From a virus (taxonomy: Duplodnaviria > Caudoviricetes): a DNA stretch of 64,000 nt. The translations under genes were made by a program, and so were the position numbers. Shown here in pieces: positions 1 to 10,563 of the stretch (positions within the stretch are counted from its first letter, which is position 1; every line of letters starts with the position of its first letter). A model generated the notes under the pieces. It was not told the origin of the DNA. It saw only the letters and a list, made by a program, of their open reading frames with translations, and searched no databases. The stretch spans positions 32,959 to 96,958 of the IMG/VR virus record IMGVR_UViG_3300014205_000008. One strand, 5' to 3'.

Positions 1-2020
1 CATAACTTAATTCTTTAATCCTTTTTATTGCATCAGTTTTCTCTTCTGAAGTTGTTTTATCGTTGTTTAGCTTTTGATTAAGATTGAAAATTTCTTTTAG
101 ATTATTAATTCTTCTTTCGTTAATATTAGAAATATCTTTGTATTCTTTTGCTATATTTTTACGACCTTCTTTACTTAATAAGTAATCTGATTTTTGTTGA
201 GAATCATTAATTAAACTATCAATAGCATATTTCTGGCTTTCGTCAATAGTTTCTTTAAGTTTATTTAAGGTTTCTCTTTTATTTAACTCATAGAATAATG
301 CTTTATTAACTATATTATTAATAGCAATATCAGCTGTTGTAGCAGCTACATTATTAAACTTAGTGGTTTTATTTTGAACTTGATCATATAAATCTTTAAC
401 CTTACTTGCGTTTTCTTTAAACTTTGCAAACTCTTCTTTGTCAGTTCCTTCTACGTTTTCCATATCTGCAATACGAGATATAGCATAGTCAAGAGCGTCA
501 TCAGTAGACTCAAAATGTTTATCATCAGAAAGAAAAGTATATAAATATTTAGATAATGCCATATCGTTATTAAACTCATTATGGAAACTATCATTATTCA
601 ATGTTGCAGCTGTTGCTTCATTAAATACATTTCTATCTCCAAGAGTTTGATAAAATGATTTAACCGTCTTATTTATATCTAATTCACCATTGTTCTTAGT
701 AATACCACCAATTCTGTCTTTAAAATTTTTATCTGTTGTATCAAGATAACTAGCAATATTCTTTTTCCAGCTTTCTCCGAATTCGGTTACTTGTTTATTT
801 TGTTCTGCTGCAGTTTGAAAACCAGAAACACCACCCATAGGAGCCCCTATAAGAGCGCCAAGAATCATTGATTTTTGTCCTTCGGTAGTAGAAAATCCGT
901 TTACCCATTCTTTTGCATAGCCAGTTATAGCGTCTGTAAACGTTTTTTTTGTATTAGACGCAGTTCTTGTTTCATAATTTTGAATAGCAGTTTGAATTCC
1001 TTCTTCCCAAAGACCTTCTGAAGCAACGCCTAATCCTGCATATTTTAAAGTATTACCTGTTTTAGTAGTCATTACCTTAGATAAGTCATCAACGTTATCA
1101 CGCATAACTTTTCTCATCTTAGATACATTCTTATTAAATCCACCTAAAAAGAATTTAGATTGAATAAAATCAGGCAGAACTAAAATAGCTGAGTTAGAAA
1201 CAAATGTATTTGCTGCACCAGATGAAGCTATATCGTTTATTTCTTCTGGTGTATATTTATCTGTAGCTTCCAGATTTCTTTTAATAGTATTATATGTATC
1301 GTTAGATTCAAATGCAGATTCACTTACGGTATTATATGCTGTAACAGCCCAAGGAGTTATTGCATTAAACGTTTTAGCTGCGTTACCAGTTAGTTCTAAC
1401 GCCTTCCCAAGTTTACCTATTGCTCCAGCAGGAATATAAGCAGAAGCCATAAATGCAAGCCCATCTGTAAAATCTTCAAACCAAAATTTTTGACTTGATA
1501 AAATATCAAATATATTATCAGAATTATATTTATCTCCAGCGTAAACAGGTAACGCCTCTCTTAATACTTCATCTGCCTTTTCCATAGAATTAGCAAAATC
1601 ACTATTAATCATAGTATTGATGTCTCCAGTTATTAATGAGCCAATTGCACCAGTAGTATAAGAAAGAGCAGCCCCCGCTTTTGGAATTACCGCTAAAGCT
1701 CTACTAGCAACTCCATTTAAAAGTGCTGAAGAAAACGGTTGTGATTCTGATCTGTATTTTGGAAGATTTTGTAATTGAGATATAGATGTAATATCCTTAT
1801 CATATTTACTTTCTCCAAATCCAGGAACCCCAACTCCTCTACCAGATAAATAATCAGAAGAATTTTCTTTATTATTTATTGATTCCTGCCATGCTTTTTG
1901 AGCGTTATCATTTTTTAATTTAGTGTTAACGGGGGCAACTGTTGGAATAGAATCCAATACAGAACCAACGTTATCAACTTCTGGCATATCCATTATAATT
2001 TTATCGAAATTATCTTCCAT
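1..2020 (-). CDS. Large internal virion (cargo) protein, N-terminal part; runs off the window edge
   Basis: Not in the ORF track because it is truncated. ATG at 2020 (MEDNFDKIIMDMPEVDNVGS...FGESKYD...QPFSSALLNG...SEGLWEEGIQ); both ends checked open in the same frame. Position after the cargo genes matches crAss-like giant proteins, which may carry the virion RNAP further downstream (not visible). Confidence 0.7.
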   Translation of the reverse strand, partial: MEDNFDKIIMDMPEVDNVGSVLDSIPTVAPVNTKLKNDNAQKAWQESINNKENSSDYLSGRGVGVPGFGESKYDKDITSISQLQNLPKYRSESQPFSSALLNGVASRALAVIPKAGAALSYTTGAIGSLITGDINTMINSDFANSMEKADEVLREALPVYAGDKYNSDNIFDILSSQKFWFEDFTDGLAFMASAYIPAGAIGKLGKALELTGNAAKTFNAITPWAVTAYNTVSESAFESNDTYNTIKRNLEATDKYTPEEINDIASSGAANTFVSNSAILVLPDFIQSKFFLGGFNKNVSKMRKVMRDNVDDLSKVMTTKTGNTLKYAGLGVASEGLWEEGIQTAIQNYETRTASNTKKTFTDAITGYAKEWVNGFSTTEGQKSMILGALIGAPMGGVSGFQTAAEQNKQVTEFGESWKKNIASYLDTTDKNFKDRIGGITKNNGELDINKTVKSFYQTLGDRNVFNEATAATLNNDSFHNEFNNDMALSKYLYTFLSDDKHFESTDDALDYAISRIADMENVEGTDKEEFAKFKENASKVKDLYDQVQNKTTKFNNVAATTADIAINNIVNKALFYELNKRETLNKLKETIDESQKYAIDSLINDSQQKSDYLLSKEGRKNIAKEYKDISNINERRINNLKEIFNLNQKLNNDKTTSEEKTDAIKRIKELSY

Positions 2021-2021
2021 A

Positions 2022-3653
2022 TTATTTATTTTTATATTGGTAAACGTCATTAAATATTTCAGCTGCATCTTGTGAAAATAATGCATTTGTCATAACTGAT
2101 TTTGTCATATTACCTTTATCATCTTTTTGAATCTTATAGATTTCTTTTTCTGTTGATCCTTCGATTGGTCTTAAATAATACATATATTTATTTCCGTTTT
2201 GATCTAAATAACTATTATCTAACATATTATTAAGAGTCTTTTGAAATCCTTTTTTAACATCAGCACCTTTACTTATATTTAATCCGTTATTTTTATCATA
2301 TCCTATTAAAGTTTCTCCGCCTCCAGAAAAATCATACATTGAGTTATAAATTGCTTCTCCTTGTGAAAGAACAGCTCTAGCTTTTTCAGATAGTTTTGGA
2401 TTATCTTTTGTTATAAAAATATCTTTATCATTTATAGTTACTTTTATAGCGCCTTTAAATGGTAAAATTTCTATGTTATTTGGATTATATTTTCCTTCTT
2501 CTGTTGCTAAACTGAATTCTCCAGCTTTCCCATTACTTTCAACTCCAGATATTTTCCCATCTGTTGATAAAGTATTTAATAGATTATCATGAGATGTAGG
2601 ACTTTCAAAAGAACTAGTAGACGCAGACCTTGCTTGCTGTCTCTCTAAAAATGTAGCCATACCAGTGCGCACCTCATCTTCACTAGGTTTTTTACCAAGA
2701 GTTTTTTCCATTTCTTTTGATGTTATATCATAAAGTTCTGGATATTTTTCTTTTATAATCTTTTCGGTTCTCTTCATAGCATTATCATCAGCTGCCAATT
2801 TACCTAATCCAGATGGCGCAAAAATTGCTTTCCAGTCCATCCAATCATTTAATGTAGTGTTACCAGATAGATTTGCAATATCACGTGTATTTAAAGATAC
2901 ATTAGGTCTTGTACCTGGAATATATTTATTAACTTCTCCGGTCCCGTTGCCAGAATCATTACCATCTGAATTTGTTGGCGGCTTATTCCTATATTTATTA
3001 AAGAATACATTCATCGCTTTTTCTCTCATTTGAGTTATCTCTTCTGGTTTCATATATTGATATTCAGAAGCAGCTAATCCATCAAACATTGCTAAAGCGT
3101 TTTTCATTGCATATTCTTTATCTCCATTAAATATATCATCATTATAATTTGATGTAGCAACTTTAGTAGCAAATGTTTCTAATGGTTGGGTATCTTTTGT
3201 TACAACTCGTCCAGATGTAGGATCAGACATCATTTCTCTATATCCATATTGGCTTATTTGTCCACTCATTAAAGCTTTATCAGCCTTTTCTTTAGTATCC
3301 ATAGCAATAGTATATCTCTTATTAATATCATATAGGCTACCAGCAAGTTTCTCTTTCTGGAAGTTTCTATTAAGAGTTGTCATCGCTGCTAATATAGCAT
3401 TAGGATCTCCTTGATATTTAGTATATATATCAGATAATTGAGAGTCATATTGCTTTGAAATCTCTTGTAACATCTTTGTATCAGCTTCTCCATACGCTTT
3501 AGTTGATAAAAGATCATTCTCAAGAATAGCTCTTGATTGTTCTGCTTGAGCAGAGTCTTGAGCTTTCTTTTGCATCAACATTGCCTGCATTTGAATATTA
3601 GGACTAGTCGGAATGTACTGAGAATTAATTGGTTGGGTATAGCGATTGATCAT
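2022..3653 (-). CDS. Putative internal virion/cargo protein
   Basis: Helical protein; likely start MINRYTQPINSQYIPT at 3653, just after the upstream stop; crAss-like cargo gene position. Confidence 0.55.
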   Translation of the reverse strand: MINRYTQPINSQYIPTSPNIQMQAMLMQKKAQDSAQAEQSRAILENDLLSTKAYGEADTKMLQEISKQYDSQLSDIYTKYQGDPNAILAAMTTLNRNFQKEKLAGSLYDINKRYTIAMDTKEKADKALMSGQISQYGYREMMSDPTSGRVVTKDTQPLETFATKVATSNYNDDIFNGDKEYAMKNALAMFDGLAASEYQYMKPEEITQMREKAMNVFFNKYRNKPPTNSDGNDSGNGTGEVNKYIPGTRPNVSLNTRDIANLSGNTTLNDWMDWKAIFAPSGLGKLAADDNAMKRTEKIIKEKYPELYDITSKEMEKTLGKKPSEDEVRTGMATFLERQQARSASTSSFESPTSHDNLLNTLSTDGKISGVESNGKAGEFSLATEEGKYNPNNIEILPFKGAIKVTINDKDIFITKDNPKLSEKARAVLSQGEAIYNSMYDFSGGGETLIGYDKNNGLNISKGADVKKGFQKTLNNMLDNSYLDQNGNKYMYYLRPIEGSTEKEIYKIQKDDKGNMTKSVMTNALFSQDAAEIFNDVYQYKNK

Positions 3654-3654
3654 T

Positions 3655-6204
3655 TTATTCTCCTCCTTCAAATTTAGTTATTGCGTCTGCTAATTTATTA
3701 TAATCACTACCTTTTATTTTATCAGAAGAAGTTATTCCTAATTTTTTAGCAATATGTATAATATAATTTTTTGTTGAATCAGAACTAGCATCTGGCGCAT
3801 AAACTTTAACAAACTCTTCTACTGTTAGATCCCTGTTTGCTTTTGCAGTTATATCTTGAATTAACGCTTTCCTACCTAATTCTGAAGACCTAAAAATAGC
3901 ATGCCCTTGTTTATCTACTCCTGTTACAGAATCTCCCCATAATTGTTTTGCTCTTTTCATAGTCATTGGTTTAAGATTTCCTGGGTTGTTATTCCTAACT
4001 GATCTAGCTTCAGTATTTACTGATTCTGTATTTGATTGATTAGATTCTTCAAGATTTGATACATAAGGATTTTGTTCTTTTGTGTAAGGATTTGGAGACT
4101 CAATAGTTGCAGAAGGTTGTGTTTCTTTCTTAGCTGGTGCTCTTAATGTATCATTTTTACCGGGGATATAAGCTCCTTTTACAGTGGTTGTGTCGTATTC
4201 AGGATACATATCATATAACATCTCTTGAGTATTTTTATCTTGTAAATTATAACGTGCAGCTTCTGATAACTGCCCAATTCCTGTTGTGATTAAAGCGTCT
4301 TTAGCTGCTTCATTACGATCATTAATATCACTAATGCCAAGTTTTATTCTATTATTATGTTCTCTTGTACGCATATTTAATTCTTCTGCTCTTCCTGCCA
4401 ATCCTTCGTTAACATTAAATGCACTTTCTTTCATTCTTGAAACTTGATCACTTGCGGCTACATCGCTTGCTATTCTCTGTGCTGCATTAGCGGTTGGAGA
4501 ACTAGGGTTATACGCACGTAATCTATTATAGTTTGCTGTTTCAATTTGTTTCTCTGCTTCTCTTGTTCTGTATTGTCTAGGTGTAATATTAGCATCTAAC
4601 ATATAATCATTAGGGTCAACTTTATCAACCTTATCAAATATACCACGAATAGTATTAACAGCTCCAGGGATATAGTTTAATATATCACTTTTATATTCAA
4701 AAGGTTTTCGTGTTGAAGTTGTAGTATCTGATAAATAAGAACCTTCTCCTGTTAAGTTATTAATAGTTTCTTCTGGTATTGGTTTAGGGTCAAGCTTAGT
4801 TACGTTTATTGGTTTTCTTCCATCTATAGTTACTTCTGGTAAAGTATTTTTTGCTTGTGAATCTGGAACCTGAAATCCTGGTTCTACTGTATTAAAAAAC
4901 TTTGGAGCAGGAATATAAGGTATATTAACAAATGGCGGGTTAGGTTTAGCTGGTGGATTTTGTTTTTGAATAATTGACATTTCATAATCATCAAATCCAA
5001 GTCCAGTAGCATCTCCATTATTATTAGCTCTTATAGCTCTGTTATACATTATCTCTTCAGGATTTAACGGATCAGTTTGCTCATACCAATTCTTTCTACG
5101 TTTAGGCGGATTACCATCATCTATAGAATAATAAGGAGACAGTACGCTGTTTCTGTTTACTAAACTAGGAATCTTTTCTCCATATTTTTCTCTATAATAA
5201 TTTAATACAGATAAATCTTCACCTCCGTCAAGTTCTGGCAGTTCTCCTCCATCAGCCATTATACCATTCTTCTGTGCGTACATATTTAATGCAGCATTTT
5301 CATTAGCATACTTAGATTCTAACATATCATTACCCATACTTCCTAACATACCAGCAGCACCAAATCCAACAGACATACCTTTAGTTAACCCAGTAGAATC
5401 TTCACCAGAGTTTTTCATAATGTTACTTCCGGTATCCGCACCTATTGACGCATCAAATCCGGCTACAGAAAAGTCTTCATAAGGGCCCCCAAACGCTAAC
5501 ATCTTATCGTTAATAGATGTATTAAGCTCTGCTCTCTTTGCATCATTAGCTGCAGATATTTTCTTTAATTCAATACCCATAGCTTCAGAAGCCATCTTAT
5601 CATCATTCTGGAACTTATCTCCTAATCTTTTCTTATACTTATTAAGTATAACTTTGGCTTCATCTGCAAAAGTTTTATTGTTAGCAGACTTAAGTCTATT
5701 ACTAAAGACATATCCATTCCAAGATACTTCTCCATTTTCAACTTTTGCAATAGGTCCTCTGTCCCCTGTTACGGAAGGATTACCTTTTTTATCTACAGGT
5801 ATACCTCCATTAGGGCCTTGATGTGTTTGTCCTTTATATTCTTGTACCATATCAGGCATCATTCCAGGCATCTGTCCACCATCAGCAAACATTCTTTGAT
5901 GCCAAACTCCACCTTGTACACCGTCTTGTGAGTTCCAGAAATTCTGATCTGCAACTTGGTTCATAACCATTTCTTTTTTCTTGGCTAATGTCTTTTCAGT
6001 AGCCTCTTCTTTAAAGTGACCAGCTATTCCTCCTACTACAGCTCCAAACGCTCCACCAACACCAGTGCCAATAGGTCCAAATATCGAACCAACAGAAGCT
6101 CCTGCGGCTGCACCTGTTCCGGCACCAGAAAGTGTACCTCCCCACCCTAACTCCTTGATATACAGTACTTCATCTGGGGTAAATTGTGTTTTTTTATTTT
6201 TCAT
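3655..6204 (-). CDS. Virion cargo protein with glycine zipper, repeated xxGG motifs and C-terminal RNNNPGN lysozyme-like domain
   Basis: GQTHQGPNGGIPV...VENGE...VFSNRL crAss-like motif; C-terminal RSVRNNNPGNLK...YAP...TKNYI...AITKFEG. Confidence 0.65.
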   Translation of the reverse strand: MKNKKTQFTPDEVLYIKELGWGGTLSGAGTGAAAGASVGSIFGPIGTGVGGAFGAVVGGIAGHFKEEATEKTLAKKKEMVMNQVADQNFWNSQDGVQGGVWHQRMFADGGQMPGMMPDMVQEYKGQTHQGPNGGIPVDKKGNPSVTGDRGPIAKVENGEVSWNGYVFSNRLKSANNKTFADEAKVILNKYKKRLGDKFQNDDKMASEAMGIELKKISAANDAKRAELNTSINDKMLAFGGPYEDFSVAGFDASIGADTGSNIMKNSGEDSTGLTKGMSVGFGAAGMLGSMGNDMLESKYANENAALNMYAQKNGIMADGGELPELDGGEDLSVLNYYREKYGEKIPSLVNRNSVLSPYYSIDDGNPPKRRKNWYEQTDPLNPEEIMYNRAIRANNNGDATGLGFDDYEMSIIQKQNPPAKPNPPFVNIPYIPAPKFFNTVEPGFQVPDSQAKNTLPEVTIDGRKPINVTKLDPKPIPEETINNLTGEGSYLSDTTTSTRKPFEYKSDILNYIPGAVNTIRGIFDKVDKVDPNDYMLDANITPRQYRTREAEKQIETANYNRLRAYNPSSPTANAAQRIASDVAASDQVSRMKESAFNVNEGLAGRAEELNMRTREHNNRIKLGISDINDRNEAAKDALITTGIGQLSEAARYNLQDKNTQEMLYDMYPEYDTTTVKGAYIPGKNDTLRAPAKKETQPSATIESPNPYTKEQNPYVSNLEESNQSNTESVNTEARSVRNNNPGNLKPMTMKRAKQLWGDSVTGVDKQGHAIFRSSELGRKALIQDITAKANRDLTVEEFVKVYAPDASSDSTKNYIIHIAKKLGITSSDKIKGSDYNKLADAITKFEGGE

Positions 6205-6221
6205 ATTATTATATATTATTC

Positions 6222-6250
6222 AAAAAAAAAGCCCTCTCGCAAAAGAAGGC
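6222..6250 (-). terminator. Rho-independent terminator
   Basis: Minus strand GCCTTCTTTTGCGAGAGGGC followed by T9. Confidence 0.75.
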
Positions 6251-6314
6251 TAATATGTTTTATTAGATTTTTTAACCTCAATAATAAAATAAATTATTTT
6301 TTTAATTATCTTAG

Positions 6315-6349
6315 CAAAGATAGTATAAAAAATACAATTTGTCAAGTGT
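6315..6349 (-). promoter_or_regulatory. Late promoter P1 (host-RNAP type)
   Basis: Minus strand ACACTTGAC-N18-TATCTTTG; matches Bacteroidota -33 TTG / -7 TAnnTTTG. Confidence 0.75.
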
Positions 6350-6400
6350 TACTGACTGTTATTTTCTAATGAGAATTATTATATTTTAGTTACAAAAGAA

Positions 6401-9400
6401 TTAAGTTATAAATAACGTTGGTCTCCAATGAGTTATAATTGGATTCAAATACAGACTTTTGTTAGACGAGTTAGTAAAGAGTAAATCAAACTTAATATAT
6501 TTACCTATAATTCTTTTTTTATGAGTATTTTCAGTATACCTTGGGAATAACGCTCTCCATGTTCTAAATCTAAAACTAGCATTTATAGTTACACTCCCTG
6601 TGTCTAAAAAGTTATTATATGCTCTCATGTGAGTAAACGTACTAGATGCTACTGGGGGGCTCCCTACTATATCAACTGAATCATGTGAGTATTCTATTGA
6701 ATCAAATGTTTTCATTATAGCAGGGGCTTCTGTAATGATAGGAGTGACTACTGTATTATAAGTAGCCCCATAGAATTCTCCTTTATCTCCTCCGTTATGC
6801 ATATACCCGCTGTTCCTTGTAGTGGGATCTATTGTTATAAACCTATACATATTGTTGATATATATTGTCGGAATAAAACTATAAAAAGAAACAAACTCTT
6901 TAAGAAGTTCATTATATCCAAGAGTAAAATTACCTACCTCTGCTGGATTTCTAAACGAAAAATAGATCATGTCTTTGTTGTGATCTCTTCCTGCGTATAC
7001 TCCAATATAATCATACTGACTAATCTTCTTATAGAGCTGCCTACTCACGTTTGATTTTATATAAGAATTAACTCCCTTTAAATAACTAAGCTTAAATTCT
7101 CCATCCTCACCTACAGCAGATATGCATTTGTTGATAGTATCGAAATAGTATATAGCATCTCTACCTTTTATGACAGAATTAGACTGTGACGTTCCTGATG
7201 TGTTTGTAGCATATACAGGCTTTGAAAATGTATCTCCAGTACCTAAGACTAAAGAAACCCCCTCAGAATCATTTACAAGCGCTCTGTCGTCGATTTTAGT
7301 CATTCCGATAGAATTGTCTTGGAAGAAGTATAAGTTGCTTGAGATCGCTTCTATTGCGTTTATAGAGCCACCAGACCCTTCTACATCTAGTATGTTGTTC
7401 GGTTTAAACTTTAACCAACTATCAGCAATTTCTCCGTCATACTTTTGATCACTTGCCGTTAATCTATGTGTTAGATTGTAAGTAAGTTTATCAAAGAATG
7501 TAGGAGTTTCTGTAAAAGTAATGAAATTGTTTGCTTTAATATAAGAATAGTTTAATAAATTAAGATCATATTCTTGGTTAAATATATCGCCATCAAGTTC
7601 ATGAGACCCTTTATATTCTTTCATCAGGTGCCTGTTGCCACTAGATCTCGAATAAGTTTTGTCGTGTCTCCAATCAATATTAACAGAAGTTTCTACTGGA
7701 TAAGCTACTACAGACTGTGTTGTTTTATATACCTGCCAAACATCACTCATGTTACCATCTTCATTGTTTGGGTTATTGTATAATCTTAAATGTTCAAACA
7801 TAGAAATATATGTATCTCCACCGTATACAGTTATACTCGTTACGTCAGAAGTATGTAAAGAAGATGTTTTTATATATTTGTTTGTCTTACGTGAATAAAA
7901 CGAATTACCATTATATTGTGTTACGTTAGATAATTTTAAAGTGCCATATAAGATTTCATTTCTACTTTCTTGTACAGTTCCAACAATTCCCGCAAGAGTA
8001 GTCCCTATAAGTCCGCCTAACTTTACAGACATTCCAGTTGCTAATTTTAGAACAGCTCCTGTCCCAGCTTGTGCGTTAACAACAACAGAAAGTGCATCAA
8101 TCCAATGTTGTTGATGAAAATGATGATAATTATATACTTTAGACGCTGTTCCAGCTAAAGCTTCATCTGTAGTTATCCCAGATACAGCATAATCACCGGT
8201 TTCATTTGTTATCACAGCAAAATCTTCTATTGTCGTATTAAGATCATTAAGAAACGGAGTTAACCTAGAGGCTTTTGCATATAAGGAATATGGTGTAGGA
8301 TTTGTTCCTCCAACATTTTCTATAAATTCTCCATTATGCATGACACTGAAAAATCCTCTTATATATAATTTCGCCCCGCTTATCTTTATGTTCTTGTAAA
8401 ATGATATTTCTGGTGACCAAAAATTACATAACTTATCTGCATATACAATCGTTCTTAAAAATACACCTGATTCATATTGTCCAAATCTATTTGCTCCACT
8501 ACTTGTTAAAGCATATTGTTGCTGTGCTAATTCCCAACTATAACTTTTACGTAAAGACATAGAAGCTGTTGGCCTTAATATAGACGTGTCTATGTCTGGT
8601 GTTTGTACCGGAGTAATATATCCACTAGCTATAACAGTTTTATCAAAATCTCTTAACTGCACTCTTACTATCTGGTATGAAACAGAATCAGTTGGTGCGT
8701 TTGCTATACTAAATTCTAAACCAAGAATATTTGCATATGTATTTATAGAGGAATAAGAACCAGGAAATATGTTTGCTGTAGTCAAAGCAAAGTCATATCT
8801 ATTTACATTTGACCCTAAACTAGCATCTACATAACTTACGACAGAATCGTTATCTCTTTGTTCTGGCATTGTTATATCTCCAATCCATCTTACAAAAGAA
8901 CTTCTCCCTTTGTTATCAAAGAACACTATACCAAACCTATATGTCTCTTCTCTTCTATATCCAACTAGTTGCCCAGAAATAATATCATTTGCGTAGTTTG
9001 CATATCCGTTGGAATCCTGATATGAAGTATCAATTGTAGTAGACCACGTTTGATTTAAGAGCCTGGTAAAATGATTTCTCATCTCTGGCAATTCCAATGC
9101 ACGATCATTAGTATAATCTTTGTCAGTAGTCCCATTATGTTGTACTGTAAAAGGACTATTGTCAATAAACAACTGGTTAAGAGTAAAGTTATATGAAATA
9201 TTCTTTCCTGTACCACCGATTCTTCCTGGAGCAGTTCCTCCAGCAGTATTATTCTTATACTTATATGTAGCTGGGTCTGGATTTACACAATCAAATTCTT
9301 CTGGGATAGACCAGTTAGTGCCGGTAACTCCAGTGGATACACCGCCAACATAATATGTCCAAGCTCCAGCAAAAGTAATTAAATAATAATTAGTAGCGTC

Positions 9401-10561
9401 TGTAGAACTTACCACCTTAGCTATACCAGTATCATCGAATCTGTATGTCCTAGCATCGTATGTAGTAGTATAGTAAGATTCGGTAATATTGGCTGCGACA
9501 AGTCTATTATTAGCAATTGCAAGATCTAATGCAGAGAATAATATTCCTCCCATAGCAGCATATTCTTGTGTAGTATATGATCCCAGAGTAATATCTCCAT
9601 TATCTATAATAATGATTTCGTCTTGATCTCCTATTGGTTCTTCTGCTACTATTCTAATCTCTGGAGAAGAGTATTCATTCTGATAATATAACCTTACTAT
9701 TCTGATATAAGTAAAGTCTCTTTCTAAATTTTCTATACGTACTCGAACAGACTTACCTGAAGTATTATCTTCGTTTTCTATATACTCGCTACCAACAAAA
9801 TTTCTAGAATCGCTTTGGAAATAATCCTCTTTAGATATATTAACAAGATCACTAGCGGAAGAGAATTTAGTTTCAGATCCTGAGTACGAAAAAAATTGGA
9901 AAGCATACTGAACAGATCCTACATTAAAAGATCCGCCATTTACAACATCGCAATATGGTTGTCTGAATAAGACATTTTGGATAATCTCTAGATAGTCTAA
10001 TGGTTGATTTATCAAACCAGTTTCCAGTACGTTCATGTGTCTTAACCTATTCTGACTATCGGCTATATAAATCTTAACAATAGAATCACTTTCTATATTT
10101 GCAGCAACTTTTATTTTACTATTATAAGCAAAATTCATATTATCATAATATACAATATGCGTAGCTGCAATAAGTTCTTTAGTAGAATAGTTTATAATTC
10201 CTTCTATCTGCTCATTTGCGTCAAACTTTATTTTCCATACAGCTCCAATTGGGCCTATATATCCATTAGCCTCGTCAGGTATAACTTCAGCAGATAACAT
10301 AATAATATAGTCACCAACAGACGTAGCAGCAAGTATTCTATGATTACTAGAATTTCCTATAGACTTCGTTGTTGGGTCTACTATTGTAGTTGGTAATGTA
10401 AATTTAAACTCATTACCATTAATATTACTAATAGTACCAGCCCCCATTTCATCATCTATAAGTAATTCTCCATTTAACAACTTAAAGTATTTTTTATTAT
10501 CCCTTAATGAATAAGCTGTGTCCATATCCATTCCAAGAAAATAACTTTCTGTACTTGCCAT
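6401..10561 (-). CDS. Tail muzzle / stabilization protein (P22 gp10-like, crAss-like)
   Basis: 1386 aa, beta-rich; GMDMD N-terminus and GYRREETYRFGIVFFD motif; synteny. Confidence 0.75.
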   Translation of the reverse strand: MASTESYFLGMDMDTAYSLRDNKKYFKLLNGELLIDDEMGAGTISNINGNEFKFTLPTTIVDPTTKSIGNSSNHRILAATSVGDYIIMLSAEVIPDEANGYIGPIGAVWKIKFDANEQIEGIINYSTKELIAATHIVYYDNMNFAYNSKIKVAANIESDSIVKIYIADSQNRLRHMNVLETGLINQPLDYLEIIQNVLFRQPYCDVVNGGSFNVGSVQYAFQFFSYSGSETKFSSASDLVNISKEDYFQSDSRNFVGSEYIENEDNTSGKSVRVRIENLERDFTYIRIVRLYYQNEYSSPEIRIVAEEPIGDQDEIIIIDNGDITLGSYTTQEYAAMGGILFSALDLAIANNRLVAANITESYYTTTYDARTYRFDDTGIAKVVSSTDATNYYLITFAGAWTYYVGGVSTGVTGTNWSIPEEFDCVNPDPATYKYKNNTAGGTAPGRIGGTGKNISYNFTLNQLFIDNSPFTVQHNGTTDKDYTNDRALELPEMRNHFTRLLNQTWSTTIDTSYQDSNGYANYANDIISGQLVGYRREETYRFGIVFFDNKGRSSFVRWIGDITMPEQRDNDSVVSYVDASLGSNVNRYDFALTTANIFPGSYSSINTYANILGLEFSIANAPTDSVSYQIVRVQLRDFDKTVIASGYITPVQTPDIDTSILRPTASMSLRKSYSWELAQQQYALTSSGANRFGQYESGVFLRTIVYADKLCNFWSPEISFYKNIKISGAKLYIRGFFSVMHNGEFIENVGGTNPTPYSLYAKASRLTPFLNDLNTTIEDFAVITNETGDYAVSGITTDEALAGTASKVYNYHHFHQQHWIDALSVVVNAQAGTGAVLKLATGMSVKLGGLIGTTLAGIVGTVQESRNEILYGTLKLSNVTQYNGNSFYSRKTNKYIKTSSLHTSDVTSITVYGGDTYISMFEHLRLYNNPNNEDGNMSDVWQVYKTTQSVVAYPVETSVNIDWRHDKTYSRSSGNRHLMKEYKGSHELDGDIFNQEYDLNLLNYSYIKANNFITFTETPTFFDKLTYNLTHRLTASDQKYDGEIADSWLKFKPNNILDVEGSGGSINAIEAISSNLYFFQDNSIGMTKIDDRALVNDSEGVSLVLGTGDTFSKPVYATNTSGTSQSNSVIKGRDAIYYFDTINKCISAVGEDGEFKLSYLKGVNSYIKSNVSRQLYKKISQYDYIGVYAGRDHNKDMIYFSFRNPAEVGNFTLGYNELLKEFVSFYSFIPTIYINNMYRFITIDPTTRNSGYMHNGGDKGEFYGATYNTVVTPIITEAPAIMKTFDSIEYSHDSVDIVGSPPVASSTFTHMRAYNNFLDTGSVTINASFRFRTWRALFPRYTENTHKKRIIGKYIKFDLLFTNSSNKSLYLNPIITHWRPTLFIT

Positions 10562-10563
10562 AT

